Program-made: the position numbers and the translations under genes
Shown here: positions 26,784-35,152 of the stretch, piece after piece
Layout of the letters: every line of letters begins with the position of its first letter
Position numbering within the stretch: the first letter of the stretch is position 1
Assembly: GCA_043820025.1 (NCBI GenBank)
Contig: JBDRED010000028.1
Coordinates: 12,274 to 76,273 of the forward strand
DNA from: Elusimicrobiota bacterium
Lineage (GTDB): Bacteria > RUG730 > JBDRED01
DNA length: 64,000 bases
Reading direction: 5' to 3'
Notes under the pieces: model-generated
Databases searched by the model: none
Told to the model about the DNA's origin: nothing
The model's input: only the letters and a program-made list of their open reading frames with translations

Positions 26784-27307
26784 TACTCCTTCCTCTCGCT
26801 AATCCTTTCGGCAATATCCTCGGCTAAGTATTTGAGCGCTCTTGTTTGCGCTTCCTTTTCCAGCGTGACATCGCTCTTCCCGGAAGTATCCACAACGCTT
26901 GTGAAAAATATATCATCGCCTGTTATACCCTTTTCACGCCATATAACTTCCTCATCGCTCGTTCTTTTCATTATAACATTCGCGAATATAAGAAGCTGAT
27001 ATTCCTCTACCTCATTATCTTTGCTAAAGGTAAGCGGCATAAGCTTATAATCTGAAATTCTGCCTTCAATATAGTATTCAGAAGTCTCTTTGTTTGTTAA
27101 CACAACATACCTGCTGCTCATAAGTTCGTTGATTATAATATTTGTCAGCGCGGACTCTAAGCCATAATAAACCGTGTCATTAGAGAATTGCGTTAAATAA
27201 ACATTAACCGGTTCCTGGAATTTCTCTGAATCTGCTTTAGGCGCGCTCGCGCACCCGGCCAATAAAAATAATGATACCATGACAAACGATATTAATATTC
27301 TTTTCAT
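26783..27307 (-). CDS. lptE: LPS-assembly lipoprotein LptE
   Basis: Start corrected to MKRILISFVMVSLFLLAGC (lipobox; GGGAGG SD). The body VNVYLTQFSNDT..LTNIIINEL..YYIEGRISDY is LptE-like, and the synteny matches. Confidence 0.75.
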   Translation of the reverse strand: MKRILISFVMVSLFLLAGCASAPKADSEKFQEPVNVYLTQFSNDTVYYGLESALTNIIINELMSSRYVVLTNKETSEYYIEGRISDYKLMPLTFSKDNEVEEYQLLIFANVIMKRTSDEEVIWREKGITGDDIFFTSVVDTSGKSDVTLEKEAQTRALKYLAEDIAERISERKE

Positions 27308-27330
27308 CTTACCTCCCAAAAAAGTTAATG

Positions 27331-27367
27331 AGCGACACGAAGTGCCGTCCCCGCGAAAACGGGGATC
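27331..27367. repeat. 37-nt double-hairpin element, copy A (lptE leader)
   Basis: AGCGACACGAAGTGCCGTCCCCGCGAAAACGGGGATC. Copy B at 46429-46466 has identical stems and a different loop. Confidence 0.8.
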
Positions 27368-27377
27368 TAGTTTCAAA

Positions 27378-27390
27378 AGTTATTATAATA
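27378..27390 (-). promoter_or_regulatory. ATTATAATAAC box proximal to lptE
   Basis: The reverse strand reads TTTATTATAATAACTTTTGAAAC. Confidence 0.45.
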
Positions 27391-27437
27391 AATCCCCCTA
27401 ACCCCATTTGAAAAAAAGGGGGATTAAGGATGTTTTT

Positions 27438-27464
27438 GTATTATAATTCTTCCGGCTTCCGGCT
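27438..27464 (-). promoter_or_regulatory. ATTATAAT box with TTCCGGC heptads directly after the leuS stop
   Basis: The plus strand reads gtATTATAATtcTTCCGGCTTCCGGCtta. Confidence 0.4.
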
Positions 27465-29914
27465 TACACTACTATATTTATCAATTTATTCGGAACAAAT
27501 ATTTTCTTAACTATATTTTTACCCTCAATAAAAGACTTTACCTTTTCATTTTCTAATATAATCTTCTCTAAATCATTTTGAGGCATATCGCGCTTAACAT
27601 TTAACTTTGTCCTAAGCTTTCCATTAACCTGCACAATAAAAGTAACCTCTGTCTTCATTGTTTTATTTTCATCAAAAACAGGCCATGCTTCATTAAACAG
27701 CCCGCCTTTATTATTTATACGCCATAATTCCTCGGAAATGTGCGGGGTTATAGGATAGAGCATTACAACAATCGCTAAAACATAATCAATACAGACTTTT
27801 ACGTCAATATCGTTCTTATCCTTTTGCCGGTACAGATAATTAACAGCCTCCATAACGCGGGCGATTGCCGTGTTATAAGAAAAACTATTCATATCATCCG
27901 TTATGCTCTTTATTGTAATATTCATCTCTATCTCTACATCTTTAATAAATTCCTCTGATCCTTTACTCACAGGCATACTAATTAAATCGTCGGCTAATCT
28001 CCATAATCTGTTTAAAAATCTACGCGCTCCCTCAATCCCATCCTCGCTCCATTCCAAATCCTTTGTCGGAGGCGAAGCAAAAAGAGTAAAGAGCCTTAAT
28101 GCGTCAGTGCCGTATTTATCGAGCATATCATTAGGATCGACTATATTGCCTTTTGATTTGGACATCTTAGCTCCATCCTTAATAACCATACCTTGATTTA
28201 ATAGCCTGGTAAACGGCTCGCCGGCTTGAGCCTTTAGCATACCCATATCTATTAATACCTTATTAAAAAATCTTGCGTACAAAAGATGCATACAAGCATG
28301 CTCAGGCCCGCCGACATATTGGTCAACAGGCATCCAGTAATCAACCGCTTCTTTACTAAAAGGCAGTTTAGTGTTTTTTGGATCGCAATATCTTAAAAAA
28401 TACCAGGAAGAATCGACAAATGTATCCATTGTATCCGTTTCCCGCCGCGCTTTGCCGCCGCATACAGGGCATTTTGTATTAACAAATTCCTCGGCATATT
28501 TAAGCGGAGAGTCTCCCATTCCTCTAAACTCAATATTTTTAGGAAGCTTAACCGGCAGGTCATTCTCGTTAACAGCCTGCATACCGCATTTATCGCAATA
28601 GACAAATGGTATTGGCGTGCCCCAGTATCTCTGACGAGAAATTAACCAGTCTTTAAATCTGTAATGTTTCTTAAAAGATCCTCTCTTTTTAGATATTAAA
28701 TATTCCGTAATATTTTTTTTAGCTGTCTCTGTGTCGCATCCGTCAAACCGGCCTGAATTAATTAGCGCGCCATAATCCTCAAACGCCTTGCCTTCGGGCG
28801 CTTTAACGCTCCGGTCTTTTGGAGCAATAACAGTCTTAATACTGAGATTATATTTTTGCGCAAACTCATAGTCTCTCTGATCATGGGCAGGAACAGCCAT
28901 AACAGCGCCTGTTCCATATTCCAATAAAACATAATTACCTATCCAGATAGGAACCGTTTCTCCTGTAATGGGGTGCACTGCGTTAGCGCCTGTGTATATT
29001 CCAACCTTATCCTGTGTTTGCCTATCAAGCGTTGACTGTATTGAAACCTTTTCTATGAACTCATTAATCTCTTTTTTGCGCGCCGCGCCTTTTACTAATT
29101 TTTTAGAAAGCTCATGTTCAGGCGCAAGCACAATATAAGTAACGCCTAAAAGCGTATCAGCTCTTGTAGTGAACACATCTATAGTGTCGTCTGCGCCTTC
29201 AACAGAAAACCGTATTATGGATCCCTTGCTTTCGCCTATCCAGTTTTTCTGCATTGTTATGATACGTTCTGCCCATCCTTCCCGAATAAGCTCATGATCT
29301 TTCAAAAGCGCTTCTTTATAATCAGTTATCTTAAAAAACCATTGCTCAAGTTCTTTTTGCGCAACAAGAGACTCGCATCTCCAGCATTTCCCCTCTTCAA
29401 CCTGTTCATTTGCTAATACTGTCTCGCAATCAGGACACCAATTAACCGTAGCCCTTTTCCTGTAAACAAGCCCTTTCTCATAAAATTTTAAAAACAGCCA
29501 CTGATTCCATCTGTAGTAATCATCCTTGCAGGTAGTAACCTCGCGCGCCCAATCATAACTGAATCCCATACGCCTAAGCTGGCCGCGCATTGCTTCTATG
29601 TTTGACATAGTCCAGTCTTCCGGGTCCTTTTTATATTTAACAGCCGCGTTTTCAGCAGGCAGGCCAAAGGAATCCCAGCCAATCGGATGCATAACATAAT
29701 ACCCCTGCATTCTTCTATGCCGCGCAATAACATCCGCTATTGTATAATTGCGCACATGCCCCATATGCAGTTTACCCGACGGATATGGAAACATTTCTAA
29801 TATATAGTATTTTTTTTCTTTCTTCTTTGGATCTTCTGTAACGGTAAACAGGCCTTTATCATTCCAATATTTCTGCCACCTTTCTTCGATCTCATGCGGG
29901 TCATACGTTCTCAC
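27464..29914 (-). CDS. leuS: leucine--tRNA ligase
   Basis: 816 aa with a GTG start and AGGAGG SD. Contains the HIGH-type motif GKLHMGHVRNY and KMSKS. Confidence 0.97.
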   Translation of the reverse strand: MRTYDPHEIEERWQKYWNDKGLFTVTEDPKKKEKKYYILEMFPYPSGKLHMGHVRNYTIADVIARHRRMQGYYVMHPIGWDSFGLPAENAAVKYKKDPEDWTMSNIEAMRGQLRRMGFSYDWAREVTTCKDDYYRWNQWLFLKFYEKGLVYRKRATVNWCPDCETVLANEQVEEGKCWRCESLVAQKELEQWFFKITDYKEALLKDHELIREGWAERIITMQKNWIGESKGSIIRFSVEGADDTIDVFTTRADTLLGVTYIVLAPEHELSKKLVKGAARKKEINEFIEKVSIQSTLDRQTQDKVGIYTGANAVHPITGETVPIWIGNYVLLEYGTGAVMAVPAHDQRDYEFAQKYNLSIKTVIAPKDRSVKAPEGKAFEDYGALINSGRFDGCDTETAKKNITEYLISKKRGSFKKHYRFKDWLISRQRYWGTPIPFVYCDKCGMQAVNENDLPVKLPKNIEFRGMGDSPLKYAEEFVNTKCPVCGGKARRETDTMDTFVDSSWYFLRYCDPKNTKLPFSKEAVDYWMPVDQYVGGPEHACMHLLYARFFNKVLIDMGMLKAQAGEPFTRLLNQGMVIKDGAKMSKSKGNIVDPNDMLDKYGTDALRLFTLFASPPTKDLEWSEDGIEGARRFLNRLWRLADDLISMPVSKGSEEFIKDVEIEMNITIKSITDDMNSFSYNTAIARVMEAVNYLYRQKDKNDIDVKVCIDYVLAIVVMLYPITPHISEELWRINNKGGLFNEAWPVFDENKTMKTEVTFIVQVNGKLRTKLNVKRDMPQNDLEKIILENEKVKSFIEGKNIVKKIFVPNKLINIVV

Positions 29915-29947
29915 TCTATCCTCCTAAGCAAAGTCTAATGAATTAAT

Positions 29948-29995
29948 AAGTTATTATGATTCTTCTGAATTCCGGCTTCTGACTTCTAAATTCTC
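29948..29995 (-). promoter_or_regulatory. ATCATAATAAC box plus five TTCTG-type heptads, overlapping the tlyA 3' end
   Basis: The plus strand reads aagttattatgat tcttctg aattccg gcttctg acttcta aattctc. The CATAAT lies 38 nt before the leuS GTG. Confidence 0.45.
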
Positions 29996-30754
29996 TAGGA
30001 ATATAAAATATTCTATATTGCCTTTAGGCCCTTTTATACCGGACCGGCATATTCCCTTTATATCAAATTTCAAATCTTCGCAAAACATCTTAATATTAGA
30101 CACAGCCTCTTCTCTAATTTTATCGTCAACAACCACGCCTTTTTTTACCTTTTTAGGCCCTACCTCAAACTGCGGTTTTATAAGCGCGAATATCCTATAA
30201 GGCGGTTTTAAAATTTCCTTCAGCCTTGGCAGAATCTTTGTAAGAGATATAAAACTTGCGTCTACAGTTGCAAAGTCAATGTGTTCGATAACTTCGTTAG
30301 CGTCCCAGTATCTTATATTTGTTTTCTCAATACATACAACACGCGGGTCATTTCGCAAAGACCAGTCTAACTGGCCATATCCCACATCCAGCGCATAAAC
30401 CTTTTTGGCTCCTCTTTTTAGCATGCAGTCAGTAAATCCGCCTGTAGAAGCTCCAACATCAAGACAAACATTATTTTCTAAATTGATATTAAATTCTTCC
30501 AACGCTCCGTCGAGTTTTAATCCGCCTCTTGAAACAAAGCTTTTAATACCGTTATCCTGAACAACAATTGAATCAGCGCCGCTTATTTTATGGCCGGGTT
30601 TTGCGCAAACCTTTCCATTTACCAGAACACTGCCGCCGACTATTTTAAGATGCGCTTCGCCCCTGCTTTTAGCGTATTTTTTTTCAAATAAAACAGTATC
30701 AAGCCTTTTCCTTTGCGAGTGTTCGTTCTGTAATAATTCTTTTGAATCTTTCAT
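29954..30754 (-). CDS. tlyA: TlyA-family rRNA 2'-O-methyltransferase (S4 + FtsJ domains)
   Basis: 266 aa. Contains RLDTVLFEKKYAKSRGEA (S4) and LDVGASTGGFTDCML (SAM site). The last ~13 codons are encoded by the heptamer repeat. Confidence 0.88.
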   Translation of the reverse strand: MKDSKELLQNEHSQRKRLDTVLFEKKYAKSRGEAHLKIVGGSVLVNGKVCAKPGHKISGADSIVVQDNGIKSFVSRGGLKLDGALEEFNINLENNVCLDVGASTGGFTDCMLKRGAKKVYALDVGYGQLDWSLRNDPRVVCIEKTNIRYWDANEVIEHIDFATVDASFISLTKILPRLKEILKPPYRIFALIKPQFEVGPKKVKKGVVVDDKIREEAVSNIKMFCEDLKFDIKGICRSGIKGPKGNIEYFIFLENLEVRSRNSEES

Positions 30755-32576
30755 AAAGTTTATCCGCGCTTAGGCCATAAGCGTCACGAACAGTATTTAC
30801 TGCTCCATGTTTAACAAAATCATCCGGAATACCAATACTGTATACAGGCACATCTATTCCTTCTAAGGTTTCCTTTACCGCGCTGCCGAATCCGCCCATA
30901 AGCGCGTTTTCCTCGACAGTAATAACGCATTTTACATCAGACGACATTTCAATAATTTTATCTCTTTCTATAGGTTTCGCAAACCTTGCGTTAATAAATT
31001 TAATGAAACAGCCTTCATTTTCCAATTTTTGAACAGCCGACAATGAATTCCGGACTACGCCCCCAATAGCAATGACCAGCGCTTCGCCTTTCGTAATTCT
31101 CACATCGGGCCTGCCTATATCTAAAAGCGGTATATCGCTGTAAAGATTTAGGCCCAATCCCGAACCGCGCGGGTATCTAATAGCGCAAGGCCTATTCGAG
31201 TGAAAAGCTGTCTTAAGCATAGCCTGCAATTCTTTCTCATCAGCAGGCGCCATAACAATAATATTTGGAATCATCCTAAGATATGAAAGGTCAAACACGC
31301 CATTATGAGTAGCACCGTCTTCTCCGACAATTCCCGCTCTGTCTAACGCAAGCACAACAGGCAGTTTTTGTAGACATATATCATGTATTATTTGATCAAA
31401 TGCTCTCTGCATAAATGTTGAATAAATAGCGCATACAGGCTTAATGCCTCCGGAAGCAAGCCCTGCGGCAAATGTAAGAGCATGCTCTTCAGCTATGCCC
31501 ACATCAAAAAATCTGTCAGGGAATTTCTTTGCGAATCGCGTAAGGCCTGTGCCTTCGGGCATTGCGGCAGTAATTGCGACTATTCTCGGATCTTTTTCCG
31601 CTAAATTAACCAATGTGTCTCCAAACACCTTGGTGTATGACTGCGCTTCGCCTTCAGTCTTTCTTGAAACACCTGTTGCAGAATCAAAAGAACCTATTCC
31701 ATGGAACCTTCCGGGATCATCTTCAGCCGGCTTATAGCCTTTTCCCTTTTTTGTTATTATGTGCAGAAGAACAGGCCCTTTTAATCTTTTAATATTTTTC
31801 AGAGCCTCAATAAGGCCTTCTGTATCATGTCCGTCCATAGGCCCTAAATAACAAAATCCCATCTCTTCAAAAAACATTCCGGGAGTAAGAAGGGTTTTCA
31901 TACGTTTTGCCACCTTCATAAGCCCTTGGCTGTGTGAAGATACCCTTTTCGCGATTTTCTCAAGAAGCTCTTCCATTTCCATAAAGAACCCGCCTGATAA
32001 AATCTTGGTCAAATATTTTCCCAGGGCTCCAACACGCTCGGATATAAACATCTCATTGTCATTGAGAATAACCAGCATATCCTTATTAAGATGCCCCGCA
32101 TTATTTAGTCCTTCAAACGCAAGCCCGCCGGTCATTCCTCCATCGCCCACCACAGCCACAATCCTTTGATCCCGGCCTAAAATATCCCTTGCGCACGCTA
32201 TTCCCAAAGCCGCAGACACTGCTGTAGACGAATGCCCTGCGCCAAACGCGTCATACTCGCTTTCGCTGATTTTAGGAAAACCGCTTATGCCTTCCCACTG
32301 CCTTAATGATTTAAATTTATCCTTGCGGCCGCTAAGAATTTTATGAGCATAACTCTGATGCCCAACGTCCCATATAATTTTATCGTCAGGAAGATCAAAA
32401 ACATAATGAAGCGCTATTGTAAGCTCAACAACACCCAGACTCCCGGCAAGATGGCCGCCATTCTCTGACACAACCTTAATGATTAAACCGCGTAGTTCAT
32501 CCGCAAGAGGTTTAAAATCCTGCTTCGAAATATTTTTAATATCATTAGGATTTTGTAATTTACTAAGTATAGACAT
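30699..32576 (-). CDS. dxs: 1-deoxy-D-xylulose-5-phosphate synthase
   Basis: 625 aa. Contains GHLAGSLGVVELT, GAGHSSTAVSAALG and GDGGMTGGLAFEGLN. Confidence 0.96.
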   Translation of the reverse strand: MSILSKLQNPNDIKNISKQDFKPLADELRGLIIKVVSENGGHLAGSLGVVELTIALHYVFDLPDDKIIWDVGHQSYAHKILSGRKDKFKSLRQWEGISGFPKISESEYDAFGAGHSSTAVSAALGIACARDILGRDQRIVAVVGDGGMTGGLAFEGLNNAGHLNKDMLVILNDNEMFISERVGALGKYLTKILSGGFFMEMEELLEKIAKRVSSHSQGLMKVAKRMKTLLTPGMFFEEMGFCYLGPMDGHDTEGLIEALKNIKRLKGPVLLHIITKKGKGYKPAEDDPGRFHGIGSFDSATGVSRKTEGEAQSYTKVFGDTLVNLAEKDPRIVAITAAMPEGTGLTRFAKKFPDRFFDVGIAEEHALTFAAGLASGGIKPVCAIYSTFMQRAFDQIIHDICLQKLPVVLALDRAGIVGEDGATHNGVFDLSYLRMIPNIIVMAPADEKELQAMLKTAFHSNRPCAIRYPRGSGLGLNLYSDIPLLDIGRPDVRITKGEALVIAIGGVVRNSLSAVQKLENEGCFIKFINARFAKPIERDKIIEMSSDVKCVITVEENALMGGFGSAVKETLEGIDVPVYSIGIPDDFVKHGAVNTVRDAYGLSADKLYERFKRIITERTLAKEKA

Positions 32577-32631
32577 ATCATTCCTCGCAAAATAATTCTA
32601 CAGGAGGGAATATAGAAAAGCAAATAAAAAA

Positions 32632-32703
32632 TACGCCATGTGGGATTTGAACCTACAACCTACTGATTAAGAGTCAGTTGCTCTACCATTGAGCTAATGG
32701 CGC
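32632..32703 (-). tRNA. tRNA-Lys (anticodon CUU)
   Basis: Hand-folded cloverleaf from GCGCCAT TA GCTC AATGGTA GAGC A ACTGA CTCTTAA TCAGT AGGTT GTAGG TTCAAAT CCCAC ATGGCGT A. There is a G1-U72 pair and one A-C mismatch in the T stem. No CCA is encoded. Confidence 0.85.
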
Positions 32704-32717
32704 ATAATATCAATCCA

Positions 32718-32791
<74 letters not shown>

Positions 32792-32930
32792 ACTGTATTA
32801 ACAAAAAAGATAAAATTGCCTTAAATATCAGATAATTCGATAAATGCGCATATATTTTGTTTTGAGTTTAAAATGTTACACATTTTTGACGTAAAAGTAA
32901 AGATTTTTCTACTTTTTCAACTTTTTTCTT

Positions 32931-33446
32931 GGGAATACTGCAATACATGCGACACCCCCGCTGTAAAATAGCTAAACCGAGTAGAGATAATATTCTCAGG
33001 ACCGCTTGAAATCCCCGCCGAGGATATTCTGCGCTTGGTGAAAATTCTCGCTCGTCCCGACATTAGTCGGGACACCATGGCCGCTCGAATTTTCAACATC
33101 CCGCGAATATTATCTCTACTCAGCTTAATAGAATGAATTTAATATGTTTCTCCGCTTCATAGCGGAGTGGTTTAGAAGCGCTGCGCAGCAAAAAATAAAG
33201 CGCGCGGTGTGTGAGCCCTGCCGCATCTTTTATCTAGTCCCAACTTTAGTTGGGGCGTAAATTATTCATATTTAACGATATCTCCGGCAGGGCGAGTTCA
33301 AGAGCAGCGCATTTTTTGCAAGTTAGCAATTCTTAATCACGCAGCTCCGAAGCGGAGAAAAATATTAAATTCAAATATTGATTTTTAGTTTAAGTATAAT
33401 ATTAACTATTTTACAGCGGGGGTGCCGCATGTATTATATCATTCCC
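32931..33446. mobile_element. 516-bp non-coding composite element: MITE-like termini enclosing two nested long inverted repeats
   Basis: The outer ~41-nt arms are 32931-32971 and 33406-33446 (GGGAATACTGCAATACATGCGACACCCCCGCTGTAAAATAG). An inner perfect 17-bp IR pairs 32980-32996 with 33104-33120. A second inner 23-bp IR with 1 mismatch pairs 33136-33158 with 33349-33371. GC-rich hairpins lie inside. The termini match the element at 7788-7954. Confidence 0.6.
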
Positions 33447-33544
33447 ATTTCTGCTTTTTCTTCTTTGCCCATAATACATTTCACTTGCCGAACAGAATAT
33501 TTATTATATATAATCATTCATTAATAAACTAAGCGAGGTAATAT

Positions 33545-34048
33545 ATGGGATTAGTAAACTTGTTTAAAAACATCTTGATTGATAAAGCAATCAAGGAAAA
33601 AATAGCATTCCTTAAAACCTGCCCTATTTTCTCAAGGCTTGAAGATTTTGAGATGCGTAAAGTATACAACATAATGTTTCAAAAAACTTATCCTGCCAAT
33701 GATTTAATATTTGAGGAAGGCAAGATTGGTAAAGCGCTTTTTTTTATTCTCAGCGGCAATATTTCAATACTAAAAAAGAGAACTGACAATAAAGAAAAAG
33801 AAATAGCTAAACTCCACGCAGGCGATTTTTTCGGAGAAATGGCGTTATTAGAAGAGCTTCCAAGATCAGCGTCTGTAAAAACCAATGAACCAACCAAGGT
33901 CTATTTAATTTATAAATCAAATTTTGATGAGTTGATATCATCTAATCCAAAAATCGGAATAAAGATTATTCTTAATATCGTAAAAATATTAAGCTCGAGA
34001 TTGCGAAATACAAGCGCTTCAATAACAAGTGAGACCAAAGGAGACTAG
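33545..34048 (+). CDS. cyclic-nucleotide-binding domain protein (stand-alone cNMP domain)
   Basis: 167 aa. Contains FEEGKIGKALFFILSG and GDFFGEMALLEELPRSASV. Confidence 0.8.
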   Translation: MGLVNLFKNILIDKAIKEKIAFLKTCPIFSRLEDFEMRKVYNIMFQKTYPANDLIFEEGKIGKALFFILSGNISILKKRTDNKEKEIAKLHAGDFFGEMALLEELPRSASVKTNEPTKVYLIYKSNFDELISSNPKIGIKIILNIVKILSSRLRNTSASITSETKGD

Positions 34049-34050
34049 CC

Positions 34051-35100
34051 ATTAACAGTAATAAAATATTAAAAATTTTCTTAGTCTTATTCCTGCTTAT
34101 TATTGCCGGATATTTTTTTCTGCTGACAAAAAAAATACTAATGCCTTTCATATTTTCAGCGCTATTCGCCTACATATTAAATCCTATTGTGTCATATATT
34201 GAGTCCTTTGGAATAAAAAGGGCATTCGCTGTAACTCTTCTTTATTTAATAATTATTATTATGCTTATAATTCTTATAAATTTTATTTTCCCTTTGCTGG
34301 CAAATGAAATTATAAATTTCAAAGAACATCTCCCGTATTACGCAAATCAGACAAAAAATTATATTATTCTAACTAAAAACTATATTATTTCGCGTCCTTT
34401 CCTTAAGCAGCAAGGAGGATTGGTTTTATTCACAGAAGAGATTTTCCCAAAATTCGCTCAGTTTTTAACAGCGAACATATCCAAAGCGCCTAAACACATT
34501 TTTAACATATTATCAACTGTTTCTCTAATGCTCCTTATCCCATTTATAAGTTTCTTTATGCTGATAAACGGTAAAAAATTTATTAAAACAGTCTTTAATA
34601 CAATACCCAGCAAGTATGTTGAAACATCCTTAAGCCTAATCTGCGAAATCGACGTAGTAATAGGCAAATATATCCGCGGCCAGCTATTAGACGCTGCAAG
34701 CGTTGGTATTTTGAGCACAATAGGATTATTAATACTTAATGTTGATCATGCGCCATTACTCGGCACATTAGCAGGCATAGGAAATCTTATACCGTATTTG
34801 GGGCCGATTGTAGGCGGAGTGCCTGCGGCAATTATAACGCTATTTAAAACTAAAAGCCTTTTTGCTGTTATTAAAGTAGTGTTAATGTTTATGACTGTGC
34901 AATTTGTTGATAATAATTTCATTACACCGTTCGTTGTGGGAAAGACTGTAGAGCTTCATCCTATTGCGATTCTTTTTGCTCTTCTTGTTGGCGGCCAATT
35001 TTTCGGGCCTATCGGGATGCTGTTTGCTGTCCCAACTCTATGTATTTTTAAGATAACAATTTCAATTCTTTTCAAACATTTCACAAAACAACAATCATAA
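34051..35100 (+). CDS. AI-2E family transporter (PerM/UPF0118); likely non-canonical ATT start at 34051
   Basis: The track ORF starts at ATG 34141 (LMPFIFSALFAYILNPIV). However, the in-frame upstream 30 codons encode the expected first TM helix (INSNKILKIFLVLFLLIIAGYFFLL). An AAGGAGA SD ends 7 nt before ATT 34051, and no ATG/GTG/TTG lies between the stop at 34030 and 34141. Confidence 0.7.
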   Translation: MNSNKILKIFLVLFLLIIAGYFFLLTKKILMPFIFSALFAYILNPIVSYIESFGIKRAFAVTLLYLIIIIMLIILINFIFPLLANEIINFKEHLPYYANQTKNYIILTKNYIISRPFLKQQGGLVLFTEEIFPKFAQFLTANISKAPKHIFNILSTVSLMLLIPFISFFMLINGKKFIKTVFNTIPSKYVETSLSLICEIDVVIGKYIRGQLLDAASVGILSTIGLLILNVDHAPLLGTLAGIGNLIPYLGPIVGGVPAAIITLFKTKSLFAVIKVVLMFMTVQFVDNNFITPFVVGKTVELHPIAILFALLVGGQFFGPIGMLFAVPTLCIFKITISILFKHFTKQQS

Positions 35101-35152
35101 TAAATCTAAAACTCATGTTTTCCTGATGTATTTGGGGCCGGGCACTAAAAGA

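Noticed and set aside
32917-33099. 60-aa minus-strand ORF in the tRNA-proximal gap
   Set aside because: It lies entirely within the inverted-repeat element, has no SD, and its sequence is dictated by hairpin arms.
32931-33446. Identity as RNase P RNA, tmRNA, 6S or SRP RNA
   Set aside because: I could not find the universal motifs: GAGGAAAGUCC and ACAGAAnCCGGCUUA for RNase P, a tRNA-like GGGG...CCACCA end with a tag ORF for tmRNA, or a GGAAG/AGCA SRP domain. Long perfect helices of 17-23 bp are atypical of those RNAs.
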